56,823 bases of DNA from Gemmatimonadota bacterium (lineage in GTDB: Bacteria > Gemmatimonadota > Gemmatimonadetes > Gemmatimonadales > GWC2-71-9): contig JAHECL010000003.1 of the NCBI GenBank assembly GCA_024641745.1, positions 1 through 56,823 on the forward strand. The letters are read 5' to 3'. Under the pieces are notes generated by a model. The model had not been told where the DNA came from, did no database searches, and saw nothing but the letters and a program-made list of their open reading frames with translations. A program made the translations under genes and the position numbers. Of this stretch, positions 29,901 through 37,409 are shown piece by piece (position 1 is the stretch's first letter; each line of letters starts with the position of its first letter).

Positions 29901-30280
29901 ACGACCGTGATCGTGGTCACCTGGACCGGCGTGGACTCGAGCGTGACGTCCGCGGTGATCGTCTGACCCGACACGATACGCACATCGGTGACCTGGGTGG
30001 TCTTGTAGCCGATGAACGAAGCCTGCAGGGTGACGGAACCGGCCGGCACGTTGTTGATGAAGTAGTAGCCGTCGGCGTTGGTCTGAGCCCCGAAACGGGT
30101 GCCGACGATGATGACCTGCGCATTCGCGATGGGCGCGCCCTGCTGGTCGCGCACCTTGCCTTCGAGCTTACCAGTCGATGCCTGGGCGAAGAGCGTTGAC
30201 GCTCCGACCGCCAGGGTGACCGCCGCCAGCGCGAGGGTTCGCGCTGCACGGGTGAAGGCGCTCACACAACTTTGCTTCAT
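26963..30280 (-). CDS. TonB-dependent transporter (alternative GTG start at 30340)
   Basis: Signal peptide, CarboxypepD_reg-like domain (GKLEGKVRD..G.PI..A), plug ISVRGGR.DE..TYVDG and A.FGGAQSGIV.I.TR.G, LSPHIQVSFPV, C-terminal RRMRLGLELNF. Confidence 0.9.
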   Translation of the reverse strand: MKQSCVSAFTRAARTLALAAVTLAVGASTLFAQASTGKLEGKVRDQQGAPIANAQVIIVGTRFGAQTNADGYYFINNVPAGSVTLQASFIGYKTTQVTDVRIVSGQTITADVTLESTPVQVTTITVVAAQNELVPRDAVTTKQNVEGDFADKLPVDRITNVLALQPGVVASTGGGTISVRGGRTDEAATYVDGVPVGAGNRGGGFVTGGGNSISIGTNGFEDASITTGASSAAFGGAQSGIVSISTRTGGSKFAGAVGYETDGLFGNSVSLGFNRVTASLSGPIVSNLTFFISGVAEGNQSAGTGQNRANSPYFNAVGTDTVVSVPSAIGSPTADTAYYSVQNFAVYTGKCDETMTYAGINIAESSNPDIASNYGQDCQGIRLPGTANSAYQLQGKLNYSFGTGSRIFLSALASQGQGRNFTYANLYNPQQIFGNNNQNQVYTLGWTQNLAKSSSRALALDVALSYQQDKFIQSPLTRESEVNSRDPFGGFMLTPLDFVFDFNSFPLNQELLDNFQQNKANSRRTPYDLENTAQYALVDKWRNNAYGVLGFSEAGGPTGRLFLNDESRFIGSAALDWQVDRYNRLKIGGGFTNFDIKSYSSGMTSQAFSDFYMEKPKAWSAYAEDRLDLGDVVLVAGVRYDYYNTNASHPQYCDSTGCQPTVRISSNPLFDPNNVQASLDSIYTPDEAHSYLSPHIQVSFPVSDRTNMRFSYAHQVQPPDFALILGGINTDLAVTNTNHVYGSDLDFGTTITFEFGIRHAFSDDFVLDFSAYNRDAQANQAGRLLSLYDPLKLQNQDIRMMTNADFGNYRGFDVRIDKRIGSLFNGSLAYTYSDAKNTGSDPFTYINFGSRILNAVAGGNDPPPSAYLPTTYTRPHNLAGLFSLTFPNNWNSGSTSGAILENVGFYATFRVASGTAYTRCPVEAGNESVISPGVCARAFDNDVNGSRLPTFRNTDLRVTKGFRFGGVDLTAYLDVRNLFNFTNTTAVFSETNGIQNATELQESWSGDSSGYADEALASSAYNAQTGTMNLPSTGGCGNWVTQDGKAAAPNCVYLIRAEERFGNGDGAFTLAEQRRASEASYYAGRSEANFTAAPRRMRLGLELNF

Positions 30281-30475
30281 GGACACGTCCTCCAAAGGTG
30301 TGAACACAGTGGATCTGACAAATCGAACAACGGAAAGCACGCGCTTCCCTCCTTGCGCTCGGGGCGCGGAGTTGGGGAATGCGACTGCGGATACGCCGGA
30401 CCAGCCGGCGGGAGAAAACCAGACATGGGTGCTGCTTGCATTGGAACAGCCGACCGCGGCCCGGTCGGTGAACTC

Positions 30476-30504
30476 AATATGAAGTGACCGAAATCACGTG
30501 TCAA
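30476..30504 (-). promoter_or_regulatory. sigma70 promoter of the TBDT operon with a CRP/FNR-like palindrome in the spacer
   Basis: Minus strand TTGACA-17bp-CATATT. The spacer contains GTGA-N6-TCAC (30484-30497). Confidence 0.6.
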
Positions 30505-30644
30505 GGAACTGTCACGAACCAAAATGCGACACGGCGCCGGCCGTAACTGACTGCAACAGATCGGGATGGAACGGGAATGGGGGTGCGGCCACCCCCCTCA
30601 CCCGACAAGCTTATCCCGCGAATCGGATTTTGGGAAGGGGTGGG

Positions 30645-31829
30645 CTACCCCGCCATCCGGATCAGTTCCCGCTGCGGCTCGGCCGGGGTCACTTCGGGCC
30701 CGTCGGGGCCCCAGTACATGTTGATCTCGCTTCGGACCCCGATCTTGCCAGATATATAGATACCGGGCTCCACCGAGAATCCGACCCCCGGCATCAGTTC
30801 GCGGTCATCATGTGTCTCATAATCGTCCAGGTGCGGCCCGGAGCCATGGAGATCCCGATCGATGGAATGGCCGGTCCGGTGGACAAAGTACTCCCCGTAC
30901 CCCGCCCGCTCGATGACCCCGCGGGCCGCCCGGTCCCCCTCGAACCCCGCCACCAGGCGACCCTCCGCTGCCCCCTGCTGCACCGCCTGGATCGCGGCAT
31001 CCCGGGCATCCCGGACGGTCCGCCAGACCGTTTCCACCTCCGCGGGCACCGTCGTCCCCGAAAAACCCATCCAGGTCTGGTCGGCGAATACGGTGGTGGT
31101 GCTCCCCTTCCCTCCCCACAGATCCAGCAGGATCACCTGGTCCTTCGCCAGGGTCGCGTCCTTCCCCGCTTCAGGCTCGTAATGGGGGTTCGCGGCGTTG
31201 GCGCCGAACCCGACGATCGGGAGCGTGGTCAGCTTGAGCCCCCGCCCTTCCATCGCCGACACGACCCGCGCCTGCAGCGCCGTCTCGGTCAATCCCCTGC
31301 CGCCCTGGGTGACCGCCCAGGCCAGCTCGCTCCGGGCGATGTCGGCCAGCGCCTCGGCGGCATACCGGTGATCGGCCAGCTCGGCCGGGCTCCACCGCGA
31401 GGCGAACCGCGTCACCAGTGAGGAGGAGGGGACCACCGTGCCGCCGAGGCGGGTGATGAGCTGGACGACGCCGGCGGGCACCCGGTCGAGGTAGGGAACA
31501 GCGTCGTCCGGAGAGATCTCCATCGCCAGGGTCCGGCCCTTCACGATCGAGGTCAGGGCGGCGTGCAGTTCCTCCCACCGGGCGTACGGAATCAGCCGCC
31601 CGGGAAACCCCTCCAGCGGCTGCATCTCGATCTTGTGGACCACTGCCACCGGCTCCCCCTCCCTCGGGAGGAGGACGAAGAGCCGACGGCTCCCCATGCC
31701 GCCCAGGCCCAGGACGCGGCCGGCCACGGGGTTCAGGCCGTGGAAGTCGAACAGGAGCCAGGCATCGGCGCCGACGGCGTCGAGACCCTCGGCGAGCTGC
31801 TGGCGGTCGGGCAAGGGCGTGGAGCTCAT
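30645..31829 (-). CDS. M24-family (Xaa-Pro) metallopeptidase
   Basis: ANPHY, ILLDLWG, ADQTW, HRTGHSI..LHG, FSVEPGIY, GVRSE. ATGA overlap with the upstream gene. Confidence 0.9.
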   Translation of the reverse strand: MSSTPLPDRQQLAEGLDAVGADAWLLFDFHGLNPVAGRVLGLGGMGSRRLFVLLPREGEPVAVVHKIEMQPLEGFPGRLIPYARWEELHAALTSIVKGRTLAMEISPDDAVPYLDRVPAGVVQLITRLGGTVVPSSSLVTRFASRWSPAELADHRYAAEALADIARSELAWAVTQGGRGLTETALQARVVSAMEGRGLKLTTLPIVGFGANAANPHYEPEAGKDATLAKDQVILLDLWGGKGSTTTVFADQTWMGFSGTTVPAEVETVWRTVRDARDAAIQAVQQGAAEGRLVAGFEGDRAARGVIERAGYGEYFVHRTGHSIDRDLHGSGPHLDDYETHDDRELMPGVGFSVEPGIYISGKIGVRSEINMYWGPDGPEVTPAEPQRELIRMAG

Positions 31830-32464
31830 TGGTACGCCTCCGCGGCGGCGGCCTGCCACCGGCATGTGTCGTCTCCCCGGGCCCGGCAGCGCTGGTGCAC
31901 CATGGCGCCTTCGAATCCGGTGAGGGCACGCAGCAGCTCGGCGAGCGCTGCGCCATAGAAGGAGCACGCCTGGCCGTCGGCCATGGCGCGCAGCGAAAGG
32001 GGTTCCGGTATCACCGCCTCGGCGGACCGGCCCCGGATGGCCAGCGACGCCGCGAAGACCCGACGCGCCGCGCGGGACGCCGCCCCCGCCCCGATCCGCC
32101 GCCGGAGGAACCGCGGGGAGACCCGCATCACCATCCGGACCGGGAGGGCGGTGCTGCGGGCAGCGTACCGGGCCGCCCGCCGTCCCGCATCGGCGAACAC
32201 CAGCGCGGCATCCGGCCGGCGCCCCACGAGGCGGAAGACGGCGACCGTCTCCTCGGCCGGGATCGGCAGGCCGCGGCGGGCGGCCTCCTGATAGCGCTGG
32301 ATCTGGGCCGCCACCGTGGCACTCAGGCCCAGGCGCTTGGCGACGATCTCGCCCGCCACCTCGTCCAGTCCGTCCCCGACCGGGGTGTCGAGGTTCCGGA
32401 GCGCCTCGAGCAGGCTCAACGGGACCGTGGCCGGGGTGCCGACGGCGGCGGTCAGCTTCGGCAC
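31826..32464 (-). CDS. V4R (4-vinyl reductase)-domain protein
   Basis: C-terminal ACSFY.A.L.EL...L.......[20 protein letters not shown] helix typical of HNOB/V4R folds. Confidence 0.7.
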   Translation of the reverse strand: MPKLTAAVGTPATVPLSLLEALRNLDTPVGDGLDEVAGEIVAKRLGLSATVAAQIQRYQEAARRGLPIPAEETVAVFRLVGRRPDAALVFADAGRRAARYAARSTALPVRMVMRVSPRFLRRRIGAGAASRAARRVFAASLAIRGRSAEAVIPEPLSLRAMADGQACSFYGAALAELLRALTGFEGAMVHQRCRARGDDTCRWQAAAAEAYQ

Positions 32465-32571
32465 GGGAAACGGCGGGGAGTCCTCGACATGGTCGGGCAG
32501 AAGTTACCCACGGACTGCGCGCTCTACCAGAGGCGCTTGCGCCCTTCCCCCCGAACGGGGACATTCCACCG

Positions 32572-33138
32572 ATGCCCACCGCCGGTCCCGACCTGACCAC
32601 CTTCGAGCGCGACGTCCTCCCCCACCTCGACCTGATGTACCGGGTGGCGCTCCGGATGACCGGCGAGCCGGCGAGCGCGGAGGACCTGGTCCAGGACACC
32701 GTCCTGAAGGCGTTCCGCGCCTGGGACAGCTTTCGCCAGGGAACCAATGCGCGCGGCTGGCTGTTGACCATTCTCAGGAACACCTTCATCAACGACTACC
32801 GCCGCCGCCGCCGGGCGCCGGCGCTGGTGGACATCGATGTGGCCGAGCCGCGGGCCATCATCCACGAGCAGGCGGGACAGGATCCCGAGGGTGAGTTCTT
32901 CCATGCGCTGGTGGACGACCGGATCCTGGCGGCCATCGACGCCCTTCCCGACGAGTTCCGCGAGGCGGTGGTCCTGAGCGACATCGAAGGGATGAGCTAC
33001 GCCCAGATAGCCGAGACGCTCGAGGTCCCGGTGGGCACCGTGAAGTCCCGGCTGTCCCGGGGCCGACGGCAACTGCAGGGAGCGCTGATGGACTACGCGA
33101 TCGAGGCAGGCATCATCCGCCCGGGGACGGCATCGTGA
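32572..33138 (+). CDS. ECF sigma factor (SigR/SigH-like)
   Basis: [32 protein letters not shown]. Region 4 [20 protein letters not shown]. Confidence 0.93.
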   Translation: MPTAGPDLTTFERDVLPHLDLMYRVALRMTGEPASAEDLVQDTVLKAFRAWDSFRQGTNARGWLLTILRNTFINDYRRRRRAPALVDIDVAEPRAIIHEQAGQDPEGEFFHALVDDRILAAIDALPDEFREAVVLSDIEGMSYAQIAETLEVPVGTVKSRLSRGRRQLQGALMDYAIEAGIIRPGTAS

Positions 33139-33383
33139 GCCAGGACCGGATGGACTGCCAGGAGGCCCTGGAGCTCCTCCAGGATTTCCTGAAGGAGGAG
33201 TTGACCGCCGCCAACCAGGCGCGCGTCGCGAGTCACCTGGCCGCGTGCCGGCACTGCCTGACCCACGAGCAGTTCGAGCGCAACTTCCTCGCGGCCCTCG
33301 AGCGGGCGGCCCGCGGCGCGTGCTGCCCCGACGCGGTCGCGGCCCGCATCCGGCAGGCCCTCCGGAGCGACCTGCCGGGCTGA
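33135..33383 (+). CDS. Zinc-binding anti-sigma factor (zf-HC2/ZAS), soluble RsrA-like
   Basis: MDC..AL..L..FL..EL and HLAACRHC (HxxxCxxC), extra CC, no TM segment. GTGA overlap with the sigma gene. Confidence 0.88.
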   Translation: MSQDRMDCQEALELLQDFLKEELTAANQARVASHLAACRHCLTHEQFERNFLAALERAARGACCPDAVAARIRQALRSDLPG

Positions 33384-33385
33384 GC

Positions 33386-34153
33386 GTGCCTCCCCTCCAG
33401 GCCGCGGCATTCGCCGTCGCGATCTCGGCGCTGGCCTGGCGGACCGGCGCGTTGCGTCCCGGCGGTGCGGCCGCGGCCGCCGTGATCGGGGCCTGCGTCC
33501 TCACCGTCGCCGGCTGGCCCGGCGGGCTCGTCCTGCTGGCGTTCTTCCTGCCCGCCTCCGCCAGTTCGCGCCTCTGGCCCGGCCCTCCCTCGCCGCTCGA
33601 CCCCAAGGACGATCAACGCGATATCTGGCAGGTGCTGGCCAATGGCGCGGCCCCCGCACTGGCCCTTGTGGCCGGCGGTCCGGGCGCCCTGCTGGGGTTT
33701 GCGGCCGGACTGGCGGCGGCGGCGGCCGACACCTGGGCCACATCCATCGGGGCCCACAGCCGCACGGCGCCGCGGCACATTCTGACCGGGGCGACGGTAT
33801 CACGCGGATCGAGTGGCGGCGTCACGCCGCTGGGCACCCTCGGGGCCGCGGCCGGTGCACTGCTCGTGGCGCTGGCAGCGCAGCCGCTGGTGGGGTGGCG
33901 GGGCACCGCCACGGCCCTCGGCATCGGCCTCGCCGGCATGCTGCTCGATTCCGCGCTGGGCGCCGCAGTTCAGGGTAGGTTCCACTGTGACCGGTGCGAC
34001 CGGGCCAGTGAATGGCGGCGGCACCGATGCGGCGGGACGACACGGCCTCTCGGAGGGTATGCATGGCTGAACAACGACGGCGTCAATGCGCTCGCCACCG
34101 CAGCGGCCACGGCGGCCGGCTGGGCGGCATGGGCGTGGTGCTGCTCGCCATGA
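33386..34153 (+). CDS. DUF92 (TMEM19/VTE6-like) membrane protein
   Basis: K..QRDIWQVLANG, AADTWATSIG, G.SGGVT.LG, LDS.LGA.VQ, CxxC..HxCG, LNNDGVN. Confidence 0.88.
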   Translation: MPPLQAAAFAVAISALAWRTGALRPGGAAAAAVIGACVLTVAGWPGGLVLLAFFLPASASSRLWPGPPSPLDPKDDQRDIWQVLANGAAPALALVAGGPGALLGFAAGLAAAAADTWATSIGAHSRTAPRHILTGATVSRGSSGGVTPLGTLGAAAGALLVALAAQPLVGWRGTATALGIGLAGMLLDSALGAAVQGRFHCDRCDRASEWRRHRCGGTTRPLGGYAWLNNDGVNALATAAATAAGWAAWAWCCSP

Positions 34154-34557
34154 CCCTCCTCGGCGGCTGCGAAGCCGGGACGGCGACGGGGCCGGGCCGT
34201 CCCGGCCTTCCCGACGGCGGCTCGACCGGGACGACCGGCGGGGGGAACACGCCGGTGGTCGCCGGCACGTGGAGCACCCGCCTGGTCACGCCGGTGCCCC
34301 TCGACGATTTCCTCCAGGAGGACATCACCTGGGAATTCCGGACCGACGGCAGCTGCCGGCAGTCGATCGAAAGCGTCCTGTATTCCGAGGGCATCCCGCG
34401 GCTGACCGTCACCACCTGCAGCTACACCCTGCGCCAGGGCGTCGTCCTGGTGCGCTTCGCCGGGGCGGCGGAGCCGGTCGGCTATCCCTTTTCCATCCCC
34501 CTGAACGATTCCGACACCCTGGTGCTCTCCGGCATCGCATACGGGCGGGTCCCCTGA
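34129..34557 (+). CDS. Small lipoprotein of unknown function (lipocalin-like)
   Basis: Lipobox LGGC, G/T-rich linker, VAGTWS, WEFRTDGSC, one Cys pair. Start uncertain. Confidence 0.6.
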   Translation: MGVVLLAMTLLGGCEAGTATGPGRPGLPDGGSTGTTGGGNTPVVAGTWSTRLVTPVPLDDFLQEDITWEFRTDGSCRQSIESVLYSEGIPRLTVTTCSYTLRQGVVLVRFAGAAEPVGYPFSIPLNDSDTLVLSGIAYGRVP

Positions 34558-35771
34558 GCACCACCGACGCGGATGTCGTGATCGCCGGCGCGGGACCGGC
34601 CGGCAGCGCCGCGGCGGCCCTGCTCGCCGGCGCAGGCTGGCGGGTGGTGGTCGTGGACCGCGCCACCTTTCCGAGGGACAAGGCCTGCTCCGAATACATG
34701 AGCCCTGAAGCGGTGCGGCTCCTGGATCGTCTCGGCGTCGTGCCGGACCTGGAGGCGGCGGGCGCCGTGGCGCTGGAGGGCACCACCGTGGTGGGCGCAC
34801 GGGGAAGCCGGCTCACCGGCCTCTTCCAGGAAGCGAGCCCGGCGCCGTTCCGCCCGGCGGGATTGTCCCTGCCACGACGCATCCTCGACGCGCGGCTGGT
34901 GGAGGCGGCGCGTGATGCCGGGGCCGAGGTGCGGGAGGCGACCAAGGTGGAGGCCCTGCTGCACGACCAGGGCGCCATCGCCGGCGTGATGGTCCGGGGA
35001 CCCGATGGCCGCCACGCGCCGATCCGGGCGCGCCTCACGATCGGTGCGGACGGCATCGGCTCGATCGTGGCGCGGCGGCTGGGACGGCGGCGGCGTGCGC
35101 TGCCGAGACGCGTGGCATTCGTGGCCCACCTCCGGGGCGTCTCCGGGATGGGCCGCACGGCGGAGATGCATGTGGGCACCGACGGATACGTCGGGCTCAA
35201 CCGGATCGGCACCGACCTCTACAACGTGGCGCTCGTGGTGCCGCAGGCGCAGGCGGCCGGCGCGCGGGGAGATCCCGGCGGCTTTTTCTTCCGTCGACTC
35301 GAGACCTTCCCTGGCGTGCAGGGCCGCATCCAGCGCTCACACCTGGCACGTGAGGTGCTCGTGACCGGGCCGTTCGCGTCGCGCGCCAGTCGCGTCACCA
35401 GCGCCGGCGCCCTGCTGATCGGCGACGCCGCCGATTTCTTCGACCCGTTCACCGGACAGGGGATCTATTCGGCGCTGCGGGGTGCGGAACTGGCCACGGA
35501 AGTCGCCGCCGGCGCCCTGGAGGATCCCGGCATCCCCTCCGCGTCGGCCCTCGCACACTACCGGGTGCTCCGGCGCCGCGCGTTTGCGGGCAAGTGGGCC
35601 GTCGAGCGGCTCATCGCCTACGGCATGTGGATGCCCTCGCTGTTCGATCGCGCCGTGTCCCGCCTCGGTGCGCGGCCGACGATGGCCCATGCCCTCATCG
35701 GCGTCACCGGCGACTTCGTCCCGGCGCGCCGGGTCCTCAATCCCCGCTTCCTGACCCGGATGATGCTATGA
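34554..35771 (+). CDS. NAD(P)/FAD-dependent oxidoreductase (geranylgeranyl-reductase-like)
   Basis: DVVIAGAGPAG, FPRDKAC.E, IGADG, LIGDAA.FFDPFTGQGIY.A. Probable CTG start overlapping the upstream stop. Confidence 0.85.
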   Translation: MSTTDADVVIAGAGPAGSAAAALLAGAGWRVVVVDRATFPRDKACSEYMSPEAVRLLDRLGVVPDLEAAGAVALEGTTVVGARGSRLTGLFQEASPAPFRPAGLSLPRRILDARLVEAARDAGAEVREATKVEALLHDQGAIAGVMVRGPDGRHAPIRARLTIGADGIGSIVARRLGRRRRALPRRVAFVAHLRGVSGMGRTAEMHVGTDGYVGLNRIGTDLYNVALVVPQAQAAGARGDPGGFFFRRLETFPGVQGRIQRSHLAREVLVTGPFASRASRVTSAGALLIGDAADFFDPFTGQGIYSALRGAELATEVAAGALEDPGIPSASALAHYRVLRRRAFAGKWAVERLIAYGMWMPSLFDRAVSRLGARPTMAHALIGVTGDFVPARRVLNPRFLTRMML

Positions 35772-36256
35772 GCCGCCCCGAGATTGACCCCGCCGATTTC
35801 CGGCAGCTGCTCGGGCGGTTCGCCACCGGCGTGACGGTCATGACCCTGCACCTCCCCGACGGCCAGCCCGCGGGGATGACGGCGAGCAGCCTCGCGTCGG
35901 TCTCGCTGGAGCCGCCGCTGCTCTCGACCTGCATCGACCACGACGCCGAGCTGTATCAGGCGCTCGGCGCGGCACCCGGGTATGCCATCAACATCCTCGA
36001 GGCCTCCCAGGAGGCGATCTCCCGGCGCTTCGCCTCGAAGCACCTCGACCGGTTCGAGGGCATCGGCTACCACACCAGTCCGGGCGGACATCCGATCCTG
36101 GACGGCGTGCTCGCCTGGATCGACTGTGCCCCGTTCGCCACCTATCCCGGGGGCGACCATGCGATCCTCGTGGGGCGGGTGTTGCGCGGCGGGACCACCG
36201 ACGGCGCACCGCTGGTGTACTTCCGCGGCGGCTACACCGGACTGACGCACGGATGA
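35768..36256 (+). CDS. Flavin reductase family protein
   Basis: FRQLLGRFATGVTV, GMTASS..SVSLEPPL, GGDH.I.VG, PLVYFRG.Y. Confidence 0.92.
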   Translation: MSRPEIDPADFRQLLGRFATGVTVMTLHLPDGQPAGMTASSLASVSLEPPLLSTCIDHDAELYQALGAAPGYAINILEASQEAISRRFASKHLDRFEGIGYHTSPGGHPILDGVLAWIDCAPFATYPGGDHAILVGRVLRGGTTDGAPLVYFRGGYTGLTHG

Positions 36257-36945
36257 CCGCGCCCGCGCTGGCGCCGCTTGGCACCGAACTGCTGGACGAT
36301 CCCGCGGCCGACCCGGCCACAGTGTCCCGCTCCCTGCACCACATCGCGCGCGCCAACCACTGGTTCGGTGGCCGCGCGGCCGCGCTCTGGGGCGTGCACC
36401 AGCTGGTGCGGGACCTTCCCACTACCGGCGTCCTCACCCTGTTCGACCTGGGGACCGGCGCGGCCGACCTCCCGCTGGCCGCCATCGATCACTTCGCGCA
36501 ACGGGGCCGTACCCTGCGCGCGCTCGCGCTTGAACGCAGCCCGGTCGCCGCCGCCATCGCCTCGGAACGCGGCGTCCCGACCGTGATCGCCTGTGCCGGG
36601 CAGATGCCGGTACGGACCGCCTCGGTGGACATCGTCCTGGTCAGCCAGGTGGCCCACCACCTGGCCCCCGACGCGGTCGTCGATCTCTTCCGGGCGGCGA
36701 GCGCGCTGGCGCGCGTCGGCGTGGTGGTCGCCGACCTCCGGCGGTCGGAAGTGGCGGTGGCGGCGTTCCGGATCGGGAGCACCCTGCTCGGGTTCGATTC
36801 GGTCACCCGCACCGACGGGGTCACCTCGGTCCGGCGAGGATACCGCGCGGACGAGCTGCGGAGACTCGCGGTGCGCGCCGGACAGACGCCGCGGGTCCGT
36901 CGGCGGCCGGGCTTCCGGCTCGTCGCCGTCTGGAAGACCGCCTGA
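36253..36945 (+). CDS. Class I SAM-dependent methyltransferase
   Basis: ELLDDP..SL.HIARAN.WFGG, DLGTGAAD, HHL, DLRR, DG.TSVRRGY. This subfamily is commonly found next to type III PKS genes. Confidence 0.85.
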   Translation: MTAPALAPLGTELLDDPAADPATVSRSLHHIARANHWFGGRAAALWGVHQLVRDLPTTGVLTLFDLGTGAADLPLAAIDHFAQRGRTLRALALERSPVAAAIASERGVPTVIACAGQMPVRTASVDIVLVSQVAHHLAPDAVVDLFRAASALARVGVVVADLRRSEVAVAAFRIGSTLLGFDSVTRTDGVTSVRRGYRADELRRLAVRAGQTPRVRRRPGFRLVAVWKTA

Positions 36946-37409
36946 TGCGCACCGTGGATCGCCTCGCCGTGCGGGCGCCGGCCGACCGGATGTTCGAGGC
37001 GGCGGCGGATGTGGAGCGATGGCCGGAACGGCTTCCGCACTACCGCTGGGTGCGGTTCAACGCCCGGCGGACGGGCGGCGGCGTCGTCGAGATGGCGGCC
37101 GTCCGCCCCTTCGGTCCCCTCCGCTGGCCGGTCTGGTGGGAGTCGGAGATGTGGGTGGATGAGGCACGGCGGGAGGTCCGGTACCGCCATGTGCGCGGCA
37201 TCACCGCCGGCATGGACGTGCTCTGGACCGTCGAGGCGCGCGGACCGAGGGAGACCAGCGTGACCATCGTCCATACCTGGGACGGACCGGAGTGGCCGTG
37301 GATCCGGGTGCCCGCGGCCGAGTGGATCATCGGACCCGTGTTCGTGCACGGCATCGCCTCGCGCACCCTGGCCGGACTGGCCCGCTCGGTGGAGGTGCCG
37401 CATGCCTGA
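36945..37409 (+). CDS. SRPBCC / polyketide cyclase-dehydrase family protein
   Basis: APADRMFE.AADVERWPE.LPHY, WWES, H..GIT.GM.V.W. The aromatase/cyclase-like layout is 154 aa. Confidence 0.85.
   Translation: MRTVDRLAVRAPADRMFEAAADVERWPERLPHYRWVRFNARRTGGGVVEMAAVRPFGPLRWPVWWESEMWVDEARREVRYRHVRGITAGMDVLWTVEARGPRETSVTIVHTWDGPEWPWIRVPAAEWIIGPVFVHGIASRTLAGLARSVEVPHA

Noticed and set aside
30277-30522. 81-aa ORF in the TBDT leader as a leader peptide
   Set aside because: It starts upstream of the predicted promoter, has no RBS, and its composition is uninformative.
31826-32464. bchJ / photosynthesis gene
   Set aside because: V4R similarity only. No bch, puf or crt genes in the window.
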